From NCBI GenBank assembly GCA_000826855.1, contig JTLS01000004.1, positions 1 to 62,833 on the forward strand: a DNA stretch of 62,833 nucleotides, read 5' to 3'. This document shows, piece by piece, positions 10,328 through 22,156 of the stretch; positions within the stretch are counted from its first letter, which is position 1; every line of letters starts with the position of its first letter. The notes below the pieces were generated by a model that searched no databases, was not told where the DNA came from, and was given only the letters and a program-made list of their open reading frames with translations. The translations under genes were made by a program, and so were the position numbers. The stretch comes from Basidioascus undulatus (taxonomy: Eukaryota).

Positions 10328-12106
10328 GTTGTGATGTTTGGCGAAGCCGGCCGAGAAGGTGTGTCGTATGCCGAAGAAAAAAAAAAGCGAAAACGTGAGT
10401 GCGCGAGTTGAACGAGTGTGTGCGACCGCGGCGGTCAAGGTAGTGGATAGTCGGGGAAGAGAGGAAACGTCGAGAGAAGGGTGAAAGGCGGATAGAGAGG
10501 AATGAAGAAGGATGAGGAGGAAGAGAGAATAAAAGGCAAGCGTCACTTCAGCGGCGGACGAGGTTGAAAGAGAGCCCCGCAGTGCCTTGTCGCAGTCCGT
10601 CGCCGGCGGTCTGGCCCTGTCTGTCACCCGCGTCCGCCACAGAACTCCAGAATAAGAAATGTGCCTGGGGTCCTGTCCAGCTGAAACCTCTGCCGTGGAA
10701 CGGAATTGATTCTTGAATAAGTTTTTATAGGAAGAACGTCATGAGCCGTTTTGCCGCGTCCATTCTGGGGTGGGAAGTCAACCTTGCCAAGGTGGCATCA
10801 GCGGAATCCACTACTGTTGCCGGATGGCGCCAGATTTCCTTGACGCCGCGGCGCCCTGTCAAGGCCGCTCTCCTACTAGTCATATGCTACTGTCAGCCAA
10901 CATGCTCCATCTTCAGTGTCGCTCTTTCTCTTCGCATTTTCCCCTCCTGATTGCTACCATCACTGTCGGTTGGTTCGTAAAATTTTTTGGAAGAGCATTG
11001 CCATGTTCAAATGTGTAGGGGTGCCGACGCAGATGAAAGTAGATGCTGCCGCCGGTTTCCGCTTGAAGACGTGAATCGTCATTTAATCGCACACTCGCAA
11101 CTGCCTGATACCAACGCTATAGTCTTAGGTTTCTAAGACTTCTGTAAATATGCAGTTGCCCAGAATCAACAACTCCTCACCTTAAAAGACGCACATTTGC
11201 TGAGATGAGGTTCCAACGAGGCGATTCGAGTTCCCCACTAGTGGGTATGGTAGTTGTAGTGCTCTCAGCGAACTGACGATCTTCTCTCCTCCTTGGGCAT
11301 TTCCCAAAGCCCCTGAGCATGCAATATACTGGAAATGTTATGAACTTAAGCTAAAATATTCAGACTAAGTAAAGATTGTGGGCAGCGTTAGGCTTCCCAG
11401 GACTGTCAAAGAGGCTGTCAAGCGCTGTGGTGCGCGGGAAAAGACCTGGCGCCAACCGGCAACAGTACCCCTCTGCCGGCCTCTTCAACTTTGCTTTCCA
11501 GCTTCGCTCTGACTTTGAGCAACGACATGATATATTGAATCACCGAAATACCTCTTCGTTTTTGAGGATCCACTAGATATCTTCGTGAACACTGGCTTGG
11601 ATCAAGCGTTACCCGCCAGCCGATGGACGAGCTGGAGCAGTTGAGCAGCTCCCCTATACGACTTCGTGAAGCTCGGCAGTACAAGATGCCCGTGACTTGA
11701 GCACCTGAGCGTTGTATTCCACATCCAGCGAAGTCAAGAAAGAAAGGGCAAGCGCATGCAAGCGCATGCACATATGAGGTCGCATCAGAGCGAGCACAGT
11801 TCGTCGAGTTTGCACTACAAAATCAGCTCCCCTCCAGACTGGCGAAGCTTCGAACAGCCGCCGTGGGTCAAGCGCATTATCCGTGTGTTCGCACTGATCA
11901 TGAACCAAACTTACTCAGAGTTACGTTGAACCTCGACAAACATCAGCGGCAGTTGACAGACGAAGGGAACGCGTGTGCAGGAGAGCGTGTGCAGGAGAGT
12001 GTGTGTGCATCAGAGCTAAGGGAATTATGCTATGAAAGGAAAGAAGAACAGCGCTAGATCCACGTATCAGCCCCTCAACCCACAGGTCCGAAGCCCAAGC
12101 TCAAGC

Positions 12107-14407
12107 TCAGCACATCTCCATCCCGAACCACCAGCACCCCCTCCGCCTCCGGGTCGGCGCGTCCGCATCCGCATCCACAGAGCCGGACTCCGGGTCCGCC
12201 TCCGGGGCGGCCTCGGGCTCATTGTCGGAGTCGGCGTCAGGAGAGGGAGAGACGTTGGCGTCGGAGTCAGTGCCGTCGGCGGGAGGCAGCTGCTCCGAGA
12301 GCTCGTCCGAGTCGGAGGCCTCCTCGGCGTGAGCGACGTCGACGGGCTTGAAAGAGTCGTCCTCGGGCGCGGGAGCGAGCGGGTCGGCGACCTCGATGGG
12401 CGAAGAGGGGTCGGTGGGGGTCTCGGGCTCGGTTTCGGGGAGGGACGAGTCGTCGGAGGGAGGAGCGGGTGTGTCGGCGTCCGCGTCGGCGGCGGGGAGG
12501 GGAGTGTCCGTGGCGAGGGCCGCGACGGGTGCGTCATTGGACTCGGGGAGCGCGTCGTCGAGGCCATCGTCGAGGTCCACAGGAAGGTCGGCATCGTCGT
12601 CCAGCTCGGGCTCGTCAGCGGGTGCGGAGGTGTCGGCGTCGCCGGGGACGATGGCAGCTGCTCCGGCGGGCTTTGAAGGTTCAGAGTCCATCTCAAAGTC
12701 AGCGCGCTATTTCCAACATACGCGATCGCCTCAATTGGAGAAATGACTAACCTTGAACACGAGCTTGACAGTCTCGGCCTTGCCCTCCGTCCCGTCCTCG
12801 CCAGGCGCAGCCTTCACGAAGTACCCGCCCGTCGTGCCCTCATCGTACAGCGGCGTGATTGTCCCGTCGACCGTATTGTACCCGAAACGCTGGTTCGCGG
12901 CGCCGGGCGAGCAGGGCTCGACGCCGACGGGCGAGGGCGGCGTGGGGTCGTACGACGCGCAGAAGGCGATCGTGCGCGCGAGCGACTGAGAGTAGACCGG
13001 GAGCTGGAGCGTGACGGGGATGAGGGCCGGCTCGGTAGGCTCGGCATCCGACGGGAACGGGGAGGCGTCGTCGGAGGTTGTGGCCGAGTTGTCCGAGGAG
13101 GAGGTGAACGCGGGGGAGGCGTCGGTCGAGTTGTCCGGGTCGACAGGCGCGAGGTCGTCCTTCGGGGCGTCGGAACCAATCTCCGCCGGGTCGACGGGCG
13201 CGGGGAGCTCGCCATCGTTGACAGGCTCAGCCTGGAGCGGCTCATCGCCGGACGTCTCGGTCTCGTTCTCGTCCTCGGGCACGTCGGCAGGCGAAGAGGC
13301 GTTGACGGACGGAGCGACGTCGCCCTCGGGGACGAGGAAGAGGGGCGTACGGTCGCCGTCGGAGGCGTTAAGGACGAAGGACTTGTTGGTGGACGAGTCG
13401 ACGGCGAGAGCGAGGCCCGCGACGACTTCAGAGAGCGTCTCGTTGATGAGCTTCTGTGGTATCGAAGAGAAGAAAGAGGGTCAGCGGGGCCTTGGATCGT
13501 GTGGATAGAGAGAAGATAAACGTACGGTGACGTCGATGTAGCCGGGCGTGCCGCCGACGGTGGGTGTCGACACGTCCGTGTCCGCGTCGGTTTCGTTTGA
13601 CTGTAGTGTGACCCAGACTGCGTGAGACGCGCATACGACAAAGAAAGTATATGGGTCCCGCGAACGCACCTCTGCACGAGCGCCAAGGTGGAACATAATC
13701 CCTGGGGCAGCCGTGTATTGGTCGCCGTTGAGCGAGAGGTGGAGGATGTCCGGGGCGCGTCTGTCGTTCGAGCGCGTCTGGGAGGAGAGAGAAAGCGACG
13801 AGGAGTCAACCCAATGAACGTATGAGGAGACTAGGCAGACGGGGAAGACTTACCATGTCCTTGCGGCGCAGGGGGCGGGGAGAGCGAACGGTGAAGTTCG
13901 GTTGAGAGGAAGGCTGTGAAGGTGCAGTACGTCAAGACACCGTCCGAGATCAGTACCCCGAGTAATGAGGAGCGACCCACAGATGCATCCCGAATCGCAA
14001 GCTCGCGCTCATCCTCGTCCTCGAAGACCATCCGACGCTTGCTGGCGGCGCGTTGACGACCGGAGAGGAAGATGCTGGTAGGGAAGATGCTGGTAGGGTC
14101 GCGGCGGAGAAGCGGGGCTTGGTTTGGTTGAGCGCCCTCGACGACAGGCGGGTGAGGGTGAGGGTTCTATGCGGTGCGCAGGTATTCATAAGGGTCCGGT
14201 CGTCGCGAGGAAGAAGGAGGGCAAGGAGGGGGTTAAGGAGGGACGTACCCCGACAGAGACGCTGCGCGCGGCGAGGACGACCGGCGGCGTTGCCTGTGCG
14301 CGGCGGACGTGCGCGGGAGGCGTGGCGGATCGGCGGTAGGGAATCGACGCGGCGTGCGCGGTCGAGCCGAAGAGGAGCGCGACGAGGAGGGGGTTGAGGG
14401 CGACCAT
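12107..14407 (-). CDS. Secreted Asp/Glu/Pro-rich protein with a small Cys-containing globular domain and multiple dibasic (Kex2-like) sites
   Basis: Signal peptide MVALNPLLVALLFGSTAHA. About 7 exons with strong GC3 bias. The prodomain has several RR/KR sites, the core reads FCASYDPTPPSPVGVEPCSPGAANQRFGYN, and acidic low-complexity tracts precede the end RRRRGCWWFGMEMC*. Confidence 0.7.
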
Positions 14408-15661
14408 CGCAGATGGTTGTGAAATAGTGAGGGAAGAGTGTGAGGTACAAGACGAAGATAGACTAGAGTAGAACGTCGCAGACGTCGACGGCGCAGCCGA
14501 TGAGAATGAGTAAAGTGAAGGTGGGGTTGATCTCCAGGATCAAGAGCGAGTGAAGGCGGACGGGAGGTGGGGAGACAAGAATTCGCTGGCTTGAGGGGGG
14601 TTTCTATACCTCTCGCCGCCTAGGGGGTCGTTCTAGACAGACTGAGGCGGAAGCGGTGGTCAGTCGAGCATGTACAGGAGAGCATGGAAGCAATTCGAAG
14701 TCGACGTCAGCGGGTGAGTTGGTCAAGCAAAAGAGGCGCGCTGAGCTGATTCAGTTTGAGGATGTGGTCAGTCTCGATAGCGGTGGGCCTCGCACTGGAT
14801 CGATCGATGATGACGCAGGGCCCGATGGAGATGATTGAATCAGTTTTTGAGATGCGCAACTGCCGAAATGGACAGTGTCCCCAGCTGAATTTGGCAGTGG
14901 ATGGGGGCAAAGTGCAAGAGCGAGGATCGAAGGCTGGCCATGTTTCGATGCCTCGGTCGTGGAGGCGGCGAGTCGTTCTCAGATGCACAGAGCGCCAAAA
15001 AGGATGGTCACCGAGACCGCCATTCTATGTCCATCGGGTAATTTTTACGGACAAATACCCAAGTGTAGGCTTTTGAGGCATTGCTGAGCCAGGTGCCAAG
15101 TCAGTCTGCATCTCGGTACTCCAGAAACCGGCACAGGACCTCAACAGAAGTTGAGCACAAAGCTCACCTACTGAATAACCGCACAATATCCCCCGTCTTT
15201 TGACGGTATTTCCAGCTCTGCAGACCTCCCCAGTATTATACAGCAGTCCTCGCTTGCTCTGACTGGTCTGCAAGGGGCACTTCACTGTCACCCGAACCAA
15301 GCAATGTGCCTAGAGGGCGCGCCGGGCTCGCGCACGCCCGTGCGCGGCTATCTTCTTTCAGGGTTCGATTCCAAGCGTCACAGCTCGGCTTCTAAGTTCC
15401 GCTCTCCGCCCCGGGTATAGGGAAGTGTGCCTGCGTACAACCAAGACGATCGGCTGTCGGAGACTTTCCGTGAGGCTCGCCCTCATCCGCTCCGGGCGCT
15501 CACTTCAAAACGGCGATGGGGGGCTTGCTGTCTAGTCAATACATCCATTCCGCTTCTGTCAGCCACGACGGCGGCACACCCACTTGCTATTAACCATACC
15601 AAGCTAGACTCTTACAACCTCCTAATACTCCGACTCCTAATTACAAACTCAACCAATAGTG

Positions 15662-15974
15662 ATGCAGGCTACGCTCCAAGCACCTGTGTCAGTTTGCCTG
15701 CTCCCTCTCTTTGAGATCCCTACATGTCCACAGCCGTCATGCTGACTTTTTACTTCCCACAGAAATACCTGTTACGAGGACGTCTGCGTGAAGTGCCACA
15801 AGCGGACATGGGGCGGGTGCGGAAAGCACGCACACATCGTGGGTGTCCTGTGCCCGCCCTACAGAAAAAGGCATTGTACTGATGTACTTGTGATGACAGA
15901 TTATGGACAACATCCCCCCGAAGGAACGGTGTAAATGCGTACGAGAGTGCGAGGACCCGTGCTGCATAATGTGA
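15662..15974 (+). CDS. 58-aa Cys/His-rich small protein (CxxCxKxTWxGCGxH family) with a C-terminal CaaX motif
   Basis: Exons 15662-15687, 15763-15838 and 15900-15974 give MQATLQAPVNTCYEDVCVKCHKRTWGGCGKHAHIIMDNIPPKERCKCVRECEDPCCIM*. Both introns are GT-AG with branch sites. Not in the ORF track. Confidence 0.75.
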
Positions 15975-16714
15975 CGTGCGATTTGCTATAATACGGCTGT
16001 GAACGGGGTTGTGATCTGCCAGTGTTCTGTGCTCCATGCCACATCATGGATTCACTCTCCACAAATGGGTCAAGGTCAGCCTGAGTGAGACGGCTACACC
16101 ACCGGTCCTGCTTGACTGCCTGTTTGAACGGCATGTCCAGAACGGCGTTGTCCACCTCACAGCCACTGTTTCTACTACCTTTCGGACATCGCGCTGCTCA
16201 ATACACCTGTTCCATTCCAGGTGTGTGACTGAGGTATAAGGAACACGGCATTGCGGCAGTTGTTCGATTCAAAAGACCTGCAGCGTCTGCACACCTGCTG
16301 GCCGCTGTCCGTGGCTGCTAACCGCTCTCGACCGCCGAAGTGTCGAAGTTTTAAGCGGCACGCCTCAGATATCCAACAAAAAGGCCTGTAAATATCTTTC
16401 AATTTTTTATGCAAACTTGCATGGGTTTAAAGGCAGAGACTCCTCATTTTGGCATTGCCCAAGCTGAAATGCACCACGTGCGGCTTCCGCTGCACCTTCT
16501 TATCTTGTCGCAAACAACTTCATCCGCCTTCCGAACTTCATCTCGGTCGACGAGCTCTGGGATTGTTGGAGCATATCGAGGGAGGTAGCATTTTTCTGTC
16601 CAACTTCTAACGGGGCAGGCTCAGGAGAGGGGTTGGCGTGAGTTCGGGTCAGCGATAGCTGCCGACGGGCCGCCTGCACAACACTGACATTCTCCGTATC
16701 GCAGAAGCCCAGCA

Positions 16715-18430
16715 TGCCAACTCTCCAACAACTCGCCGGCGCTACACATTTCAGCTGTAGCGGCTGCTCCTACGCCGAAGAAGACGCTGGCGAAGCTGAA
16801 CGTGATGAACACTGCAGGCTCCTCAGACAGCGAGCTCACTGAGCGACCAGGAAGCGGACGAGGATGAGGATGAAGACAATGCGATGGGTGCGTTCGATTC
16901 CTGCAACCCTCGCGTTTGCTGCGCACTCAATGCTGGGCCTGGGTAGATGAAGACTCCCACTCCGACTTCGTCACCTGCTCCGTGCCCAAGAAGCGTGGAA
17001 GGTCGTCCACCAAAGCCGCCTCTGCCGCGAAGAAGACTCGGAAGACGACTGCGAAGCCCAAGAGCAAGCGGGGTCGTCTCCCCGCGGATAAGTCCCCTAT
17101 CTCCCGCGTGCCCGTCGACGTCCTCCAACGTACGTCTTCTCGCTCCTGCCTTATCCTTTTCCTTCTTGCATCTTTGCTGAAACCCCGGGCACAGATATTT
17201 TCACGCGTCCCACCCGCCTCACTCCTCGCTCCTCATACCCCCCAATTTCAGGAGGGACTCTTCCAGGGCTTCCACGCACCGGCCAACTTGCTGCGCTGAC
17301 TGAGCTCATTGACACGCTTGTGGATGGCGACGGCCTCATCTCGTGACTCGTGGAAGACTGCGGCAGCCTCGTTGAGCTCAAGTTGAGAATGTGCAGGTTC
17401 ACCAACGGCACTGCGCTGCACGCTCTCAGATCGACACGGCTCGCCCATGCTCTTACCCGCCTGTCCGTCACGCTTCTGCTGCACGAGACGACGGAGTGGT
17501 CGAGCGTGTCCGCCTTCCTGCGCTCCTGCACTGTGCCGCGCGTGCTTGTCCTCGCCACCAGAGATTCGATGCAGAGCCCCCTTGCGAGCCTGCTCTAGCC
17601 CAGGGACCTGACCGTCGAGCAGTTGGATGTTAACCTCGACTTGGTCGCGGAAAATCCGCACCTGCATGACTCACTGCGCGAGCTCGTTCTTCACATTCGG
17701 CCGCTCGGCATGCAGCCGCTTGCAAAGCTCGGCGCTGTCTGTCAGAAGGTCTCGAAGCTCTCAGTCCTTCCTTACACCAAGAACGCGTCCTTCGTAAGCT
17801 CTCTTGTACATTTTCCCGACCACGCAAGTAGGCTCAAAGCTTACTCTTCATCGACAAGCCTGCTTTCGGAGCCGCGCTGTTGACCTTCTCCGGAACAGCT
17901 GACCTGCGTGTCCGCCTCAGAGCTCCCGACAGGATCCCCGAACCCAACAAGATCCAGCAGTGAGTGCTCGATGCGCACGTACCCTTCCCTATATAGTTCA
18001 TTTGGCCTCACAAGGTTTTCATTATTATTCCATGGCAGGCTTTCGCGTGCTCTCGCACATCTGGGACCCCTTCCTCCTTGCTCCGTTGTGACGCACATCA
18101 CCCGCTCGCCTCCCCTGGTTCGTAGGGTAGTTTTCGGCGAGGCGGACTCAACTGGGCCATCACGGTTCATCCACCCCCTCTAATGAGCATTGCTGTATCA
18201 CGCAAATCTGACACACGTCCAAACTCGCAGATCTCCACCGTCGAGGACGGCACAATGCTTTACGAGCCGGAGGCTGCCAAACGTTCCCACTTCAAGCTCT
18301 TCCGATTTTTCCATTACTACTGCGGCTTAGTTATTGTTCCGCAACTTCTTCACCAAATTCACGTACGCATATCTGCAAGCCATGCAAAGGACACGTCGCA
18401 TTCTGCCCCAGTTTTGTCCTGCCGAGACCT
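16715..18430 (+). pseudogene. F-box-like / LRR-like protein, frameshifted
   Basis: An acidic tract and a basic tract precede ISRVPVDVLQ/QIFSRVPPASLL (F-box-like) and Leu-rich segments (LVELKLRMC, LRELVLHIRP, VSKLSVLP). These fall in several frames with stops. Ends approximate. Confidence 0.45.
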
Positions 18431-18763
18431 GGCAAGTGAGGCTGGCGTTTCACCCGGTCACTATGAAAGATCTTACTTCCACAAGAGTAATCTGTGGATT
18501 GCTCACATGTTCTGAATGCCATTTTTGAAGAACAGTTTGAAACGGCTTGGAACTTCTATCGGACAAAGAAAGCCACCTGGCTGCGGTAAACCCGAAATGA
18601 CCATCGTCCCTTCCCCAACCTTGCCTTGTCCAACTTGTCCACTTGTGTCCGTCTTCTCCCTTCATGGTTACGGGGCTTGGTCTTTTAACCCCTCCGGGCT
18701 GCTACCAGGCCCCATAATTGTACTCTGGCTCTCAATCAAGCTCGTTTCAAATTCCTCGATTCT

Positions 18764-19410
18764 TTGATCCCTCTATTCGACGCCTATTCAATGAAGACCC
18801 ACCAGATCAGGTGGTCGGGTCTCCGATTGTATGAGGATGTCCAGGTATACTTTTACGAGAGCACTGGCGCTCTCATTGTCCGTGTCAACGATGCATGCAG
18901 GGACGACGTACAGGCAGATGCAGTAGGCGGAATAGGGGCGTATTTTGGTGGGAGGACCTTCGCAGACGGCAGTAAGTTGCCGTATCGGTGTTGTACCGTC
19001 GAGTCATTCATTCTGATAGCATCGCTCCGTCTTTTGCAGGCGAGACCTAATCCAACCTGAACATCTGTTGTTGTCTTAAGCGCCTCGAGCCGCAGACCGC
19101 ACCGCGCGCAGAGCTCCAAGCCGCCATTACCGCAGTCGACAAAGTTCTCTCGGTTATGCCGCAAATACAGACACACCGCACCAGCCATAAGAAGCTCCTT
19201 ATCGCATGCAACTTGAGCTTCCTCGCCGACGGTTTCATGCTTCATCGCTCCACGTGGCGTGAGCGAGGCTGGCGCAACGCGCGCAGTGAGCTGGTCGCAC
19301 ACGCGATTCTTTGGCAGGACCTGGAAGCGCTGGAAAAGATTTGGAAAAAGCGCACAGGAGGCGTCATTGGCATCTTGAGGTATCGAAGAACGCCCGAGCA
19401 GATCACCTGA
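18764..19410 (+). pseudogene. RNase H1-like domain gene with substituted catalytic residues and an in-frame stop
   Basis: IVRVNDACRDDVQADAVGGIGAYFG / intron / ET*SNLNI...EPQTAPRAELQAAITAV...LLIACNLSFLADGF...WRERGWRNARSELVAHAILWQDL follows the RNase HI motif order (YTDGAC..GIGVYFG; QTNQRAEL; TDS; W...GW...V.N.DLW). TAA at 19048-19050. 5' end uncertain. Confidence 0.7.
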
Positions 19411-20531
19411 CGAAGGAGGCAACCACGTGTCCGCCGTTGTCGCGGCTGCGTTCTGCGCCCCATAGGATGTTGACAGTGGACCCAAAAGAGCGAAGAATAT
19501 TGTCCTCGTCATCTCCGAGACGGCGACTGATTCAAACCATGGTCAATTCCTCTTCAACTGTCACTGTGCGCAGTGCGCTGCACATGGTAGCTGGGTGGCA
19601 CAACTCCCAAAAGCATGCCGATCCTTTTTTACCTTCACCTGAGCGGCACGACAGCAGATATGGGTCAAGACCTATAAAGTACAGAACGGATCAAGGTGTG
19701 GGGCCCCATTGGCCACATCTTGTTGTCGCCTCTTTCGATATCCTGCTCGAGAACGAAATGCAATCAGGCTTTTTCTTCCATTGCAGATATTCCCATACAA
19801 CTGTCTTAAACGTTTGTTCTGTTTCTGTATAGGTATGATCCAATAGGTAAACAGTTTACGTTCAGCAAACAATTTGAACTGTATCAAACACGGTTACCTT
19901 GCTCTGGGCCTAATCTCATTGTTTGTGGCCCTTACCGCTTCGGACTCTTGGCGTTCATTCATTAGCTACACGTGGCAGGAATTTCTAACTACCGCTTCGG
20001 AGGTAGCGGCTATCCGTCTTGTTGGGGCCTGTGCAAGCATCGTCACCCTGCTTTCTAAAAGCAATGGTGGCCAGTCAGGATCTGGAAACAATGGCCCAGG
20101 ATCACAGTCTAACACTGGGCCCGATTCGGCATCCTTTTTCCTTCCTTTCGGTCTAGAGCCATCTTCTCAACATACGGCGGGAATCCGCAGACGGAGGAGC
20201 TCTAGGCAACGTGGCTGTGGTAGATGAATGTATGGGTTTGGTGTTAGCGTTAACGCTCTTGTGTGTGAGCAATCTATAGAACCGCGCCTTTCTACCGTAG
20301 CCTACATAATAATTTCCAGGGACGTATAACCTTTGGCCATGCTGCATTCATGTCCATGTAATGAAGCGCCAAGAACGCCAAACTGCAATGACGTTCGCGG
20401 CGGTGCTGCTGTCGAACTCGGCAGTCTCTCAACCACCACTTCACTGACTTCTCGCCAGCAGCCTCATCGCTCTCACTTCACTATATCCCACTTTCCGTTC
20501 TGACACGTTCGCTCTATAACCGTATCACTCG

Positions 20532-22156
20532 ATGGCCCCGATACCGCCTCATCACGCGAACTGGCAGCGCGACAACCGCGTCAAGATTGAGCACAAGAGG
20601 CTGACTGAGCTGGCACTTGCACTTCGCTTTCGCACCATCATGTGCTCGTGTTCAATCGTTGAGTCGCCCATTTTTAGCAGCCGGGATCTCATGACACCGC
20701 TATGAATGGAGGGAACATTGGTCTCGCATTGGGATGTGGTTGGTGAGAGAATGGGAAGACGAGCACTGACGTGCGCCAGTTTGTAGGACTCGATGCGGAG
20801 AAGCCGGTACTCGACATCTTCAACTCGGTATCGAATATACCTCTGGTATATATAAATCTTAGGTTTTACATGTAACAGACAAGCTGACTCCTCCTTAGGT
20901 TGGTAAGATTGCCGCGGCATAACGACGTCGATCATCTCGTGCTGGGTGCGTGACAGTGCGCGTGGACGTACATCCATCCTTGAGCTGACACTTTGCGACA
21001 GGCTCAAACGCAAGAGCTTAGCCTAGTATGTACGTATCCTCATATAATACTCTCGAGGTGAAGCCCCTCTAATACTCTTTCTAGCTCAACTCGACGCGGG
21101 CATCCGCTACCTCGACCTCCGCATTGCGTTCTCCGCCGACAATGCCGGTGGGGGATCTTTCTGCTTCGTGTACACCCTGGAGTTGGCGAGGGATGTCCTG
21201 GAGGATGTGAAGTCTGTGAAGGAATGGCTCGACGCCCACCCTGGCGAGGTGGACATCCTCGAGTGGGTTCAAGCCCAACGATAATTCCTTTCAAAACTGC
21301 TGCTGATGACTAGTACGCTATTGCAGCATACAGAACTTCTGCGGTATGCTCGGCACTTGTGATTTCTCATCAGCCTTTGGCATCTACTGACAGGACTTCT
21401 CTATCAGGAATGACCGTCCCGTCGCACCGCGTGCTCGTCGAGCGGCTGCAGCAGCTCTTCGGCCCGCTTCTGGCGAAGCGAGACCGCATCCACCAGCCGC
21501 TCAAGAGCTATCTCGATGCGGGCGATAGAGGCGCGCTCGTGTACGGGGACGACTGCCGTGTCCCCTCGGACCCGCAGCGCGCGAGCGAAGGCGCGCGGGA
21601 GATCATTGCGCAGAACGACAGGATCTGGGAAGGGATCAGGTTCTGAAATCGGTCTGAATGAGGAATCAGTCCTTACAAATGCGCTCTTTAGTCGAGAGAA
21701 GCTGGCTCATCTACGGACTGGATCGGCTTAAAGGTCAACAAGCGCACGCCGGGAGACCTCGTCGACGCGCTCAAGGCGGTGGTAGCCCGCAGGGCGAACC
21801 AGAACGATGACAAGCGAACCTGGGTTATCCAAGGACTGGGCCAGGCTTTTCTTATCGAAAATCTTCAGCAACCCCTGACCGCTGCCTCCCAAGGTTCTGA
21901 CCGTCGACGGCGAAGATATCAAGTCCAAGCCGTATTCCTCGCTGCGCGAGTTCGCGGCAGAAGAGGTGAACGCGCGTCTGCGGAAGGAGTTCGAGCAATT
22001 CCACGAGGGCAGCGCAGCATTTGTGTACATGCTGGACTACTTGGAGGTGCGTTAGCTGGCACGGTTGGAAGGACGATGGACACGCATCCTGACGATGGAG
22101 TACAAGTGCTGAACCTGGACTGGGTCGAGGACATTGTCAGTGGAACACGCGTTTGA
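20532..22156 (+). CDS. PI-PLC X-domain (PLC-like phosphodiesterase) protein, possibly inactive or decaying
   Basis: MAPIPPHHANWQRDN...KRLTELAL, PGSHDTA, QLDAGIRYLDLRIAF, FCFVYTLE and VKEWLDAHPGEVDIL lie in successive exons. The last exons were not fully resolved. Confidence 0.75.

Noticed and set aside
15340..15385. GGTTCGATTCC, a tRNA T-loop/B-box-like word
   Set aside because: I could not build a matching T-stem, acceptor stem or D-arm around it.
15662..15974. CaaX peptide as a mating pheromone precursor
   Set aside because: The body is a Cys/His motif protein rather than a pheromone-type precursor, and no STE3-like receptor is visible in the window.
18764..19410. RNase H as a retrotransposon remnant
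   Set aside because: It contains a spliceosomal intron and cellular RNase H1-type motifs, and no RT, integrase or LTR was seen nearby.
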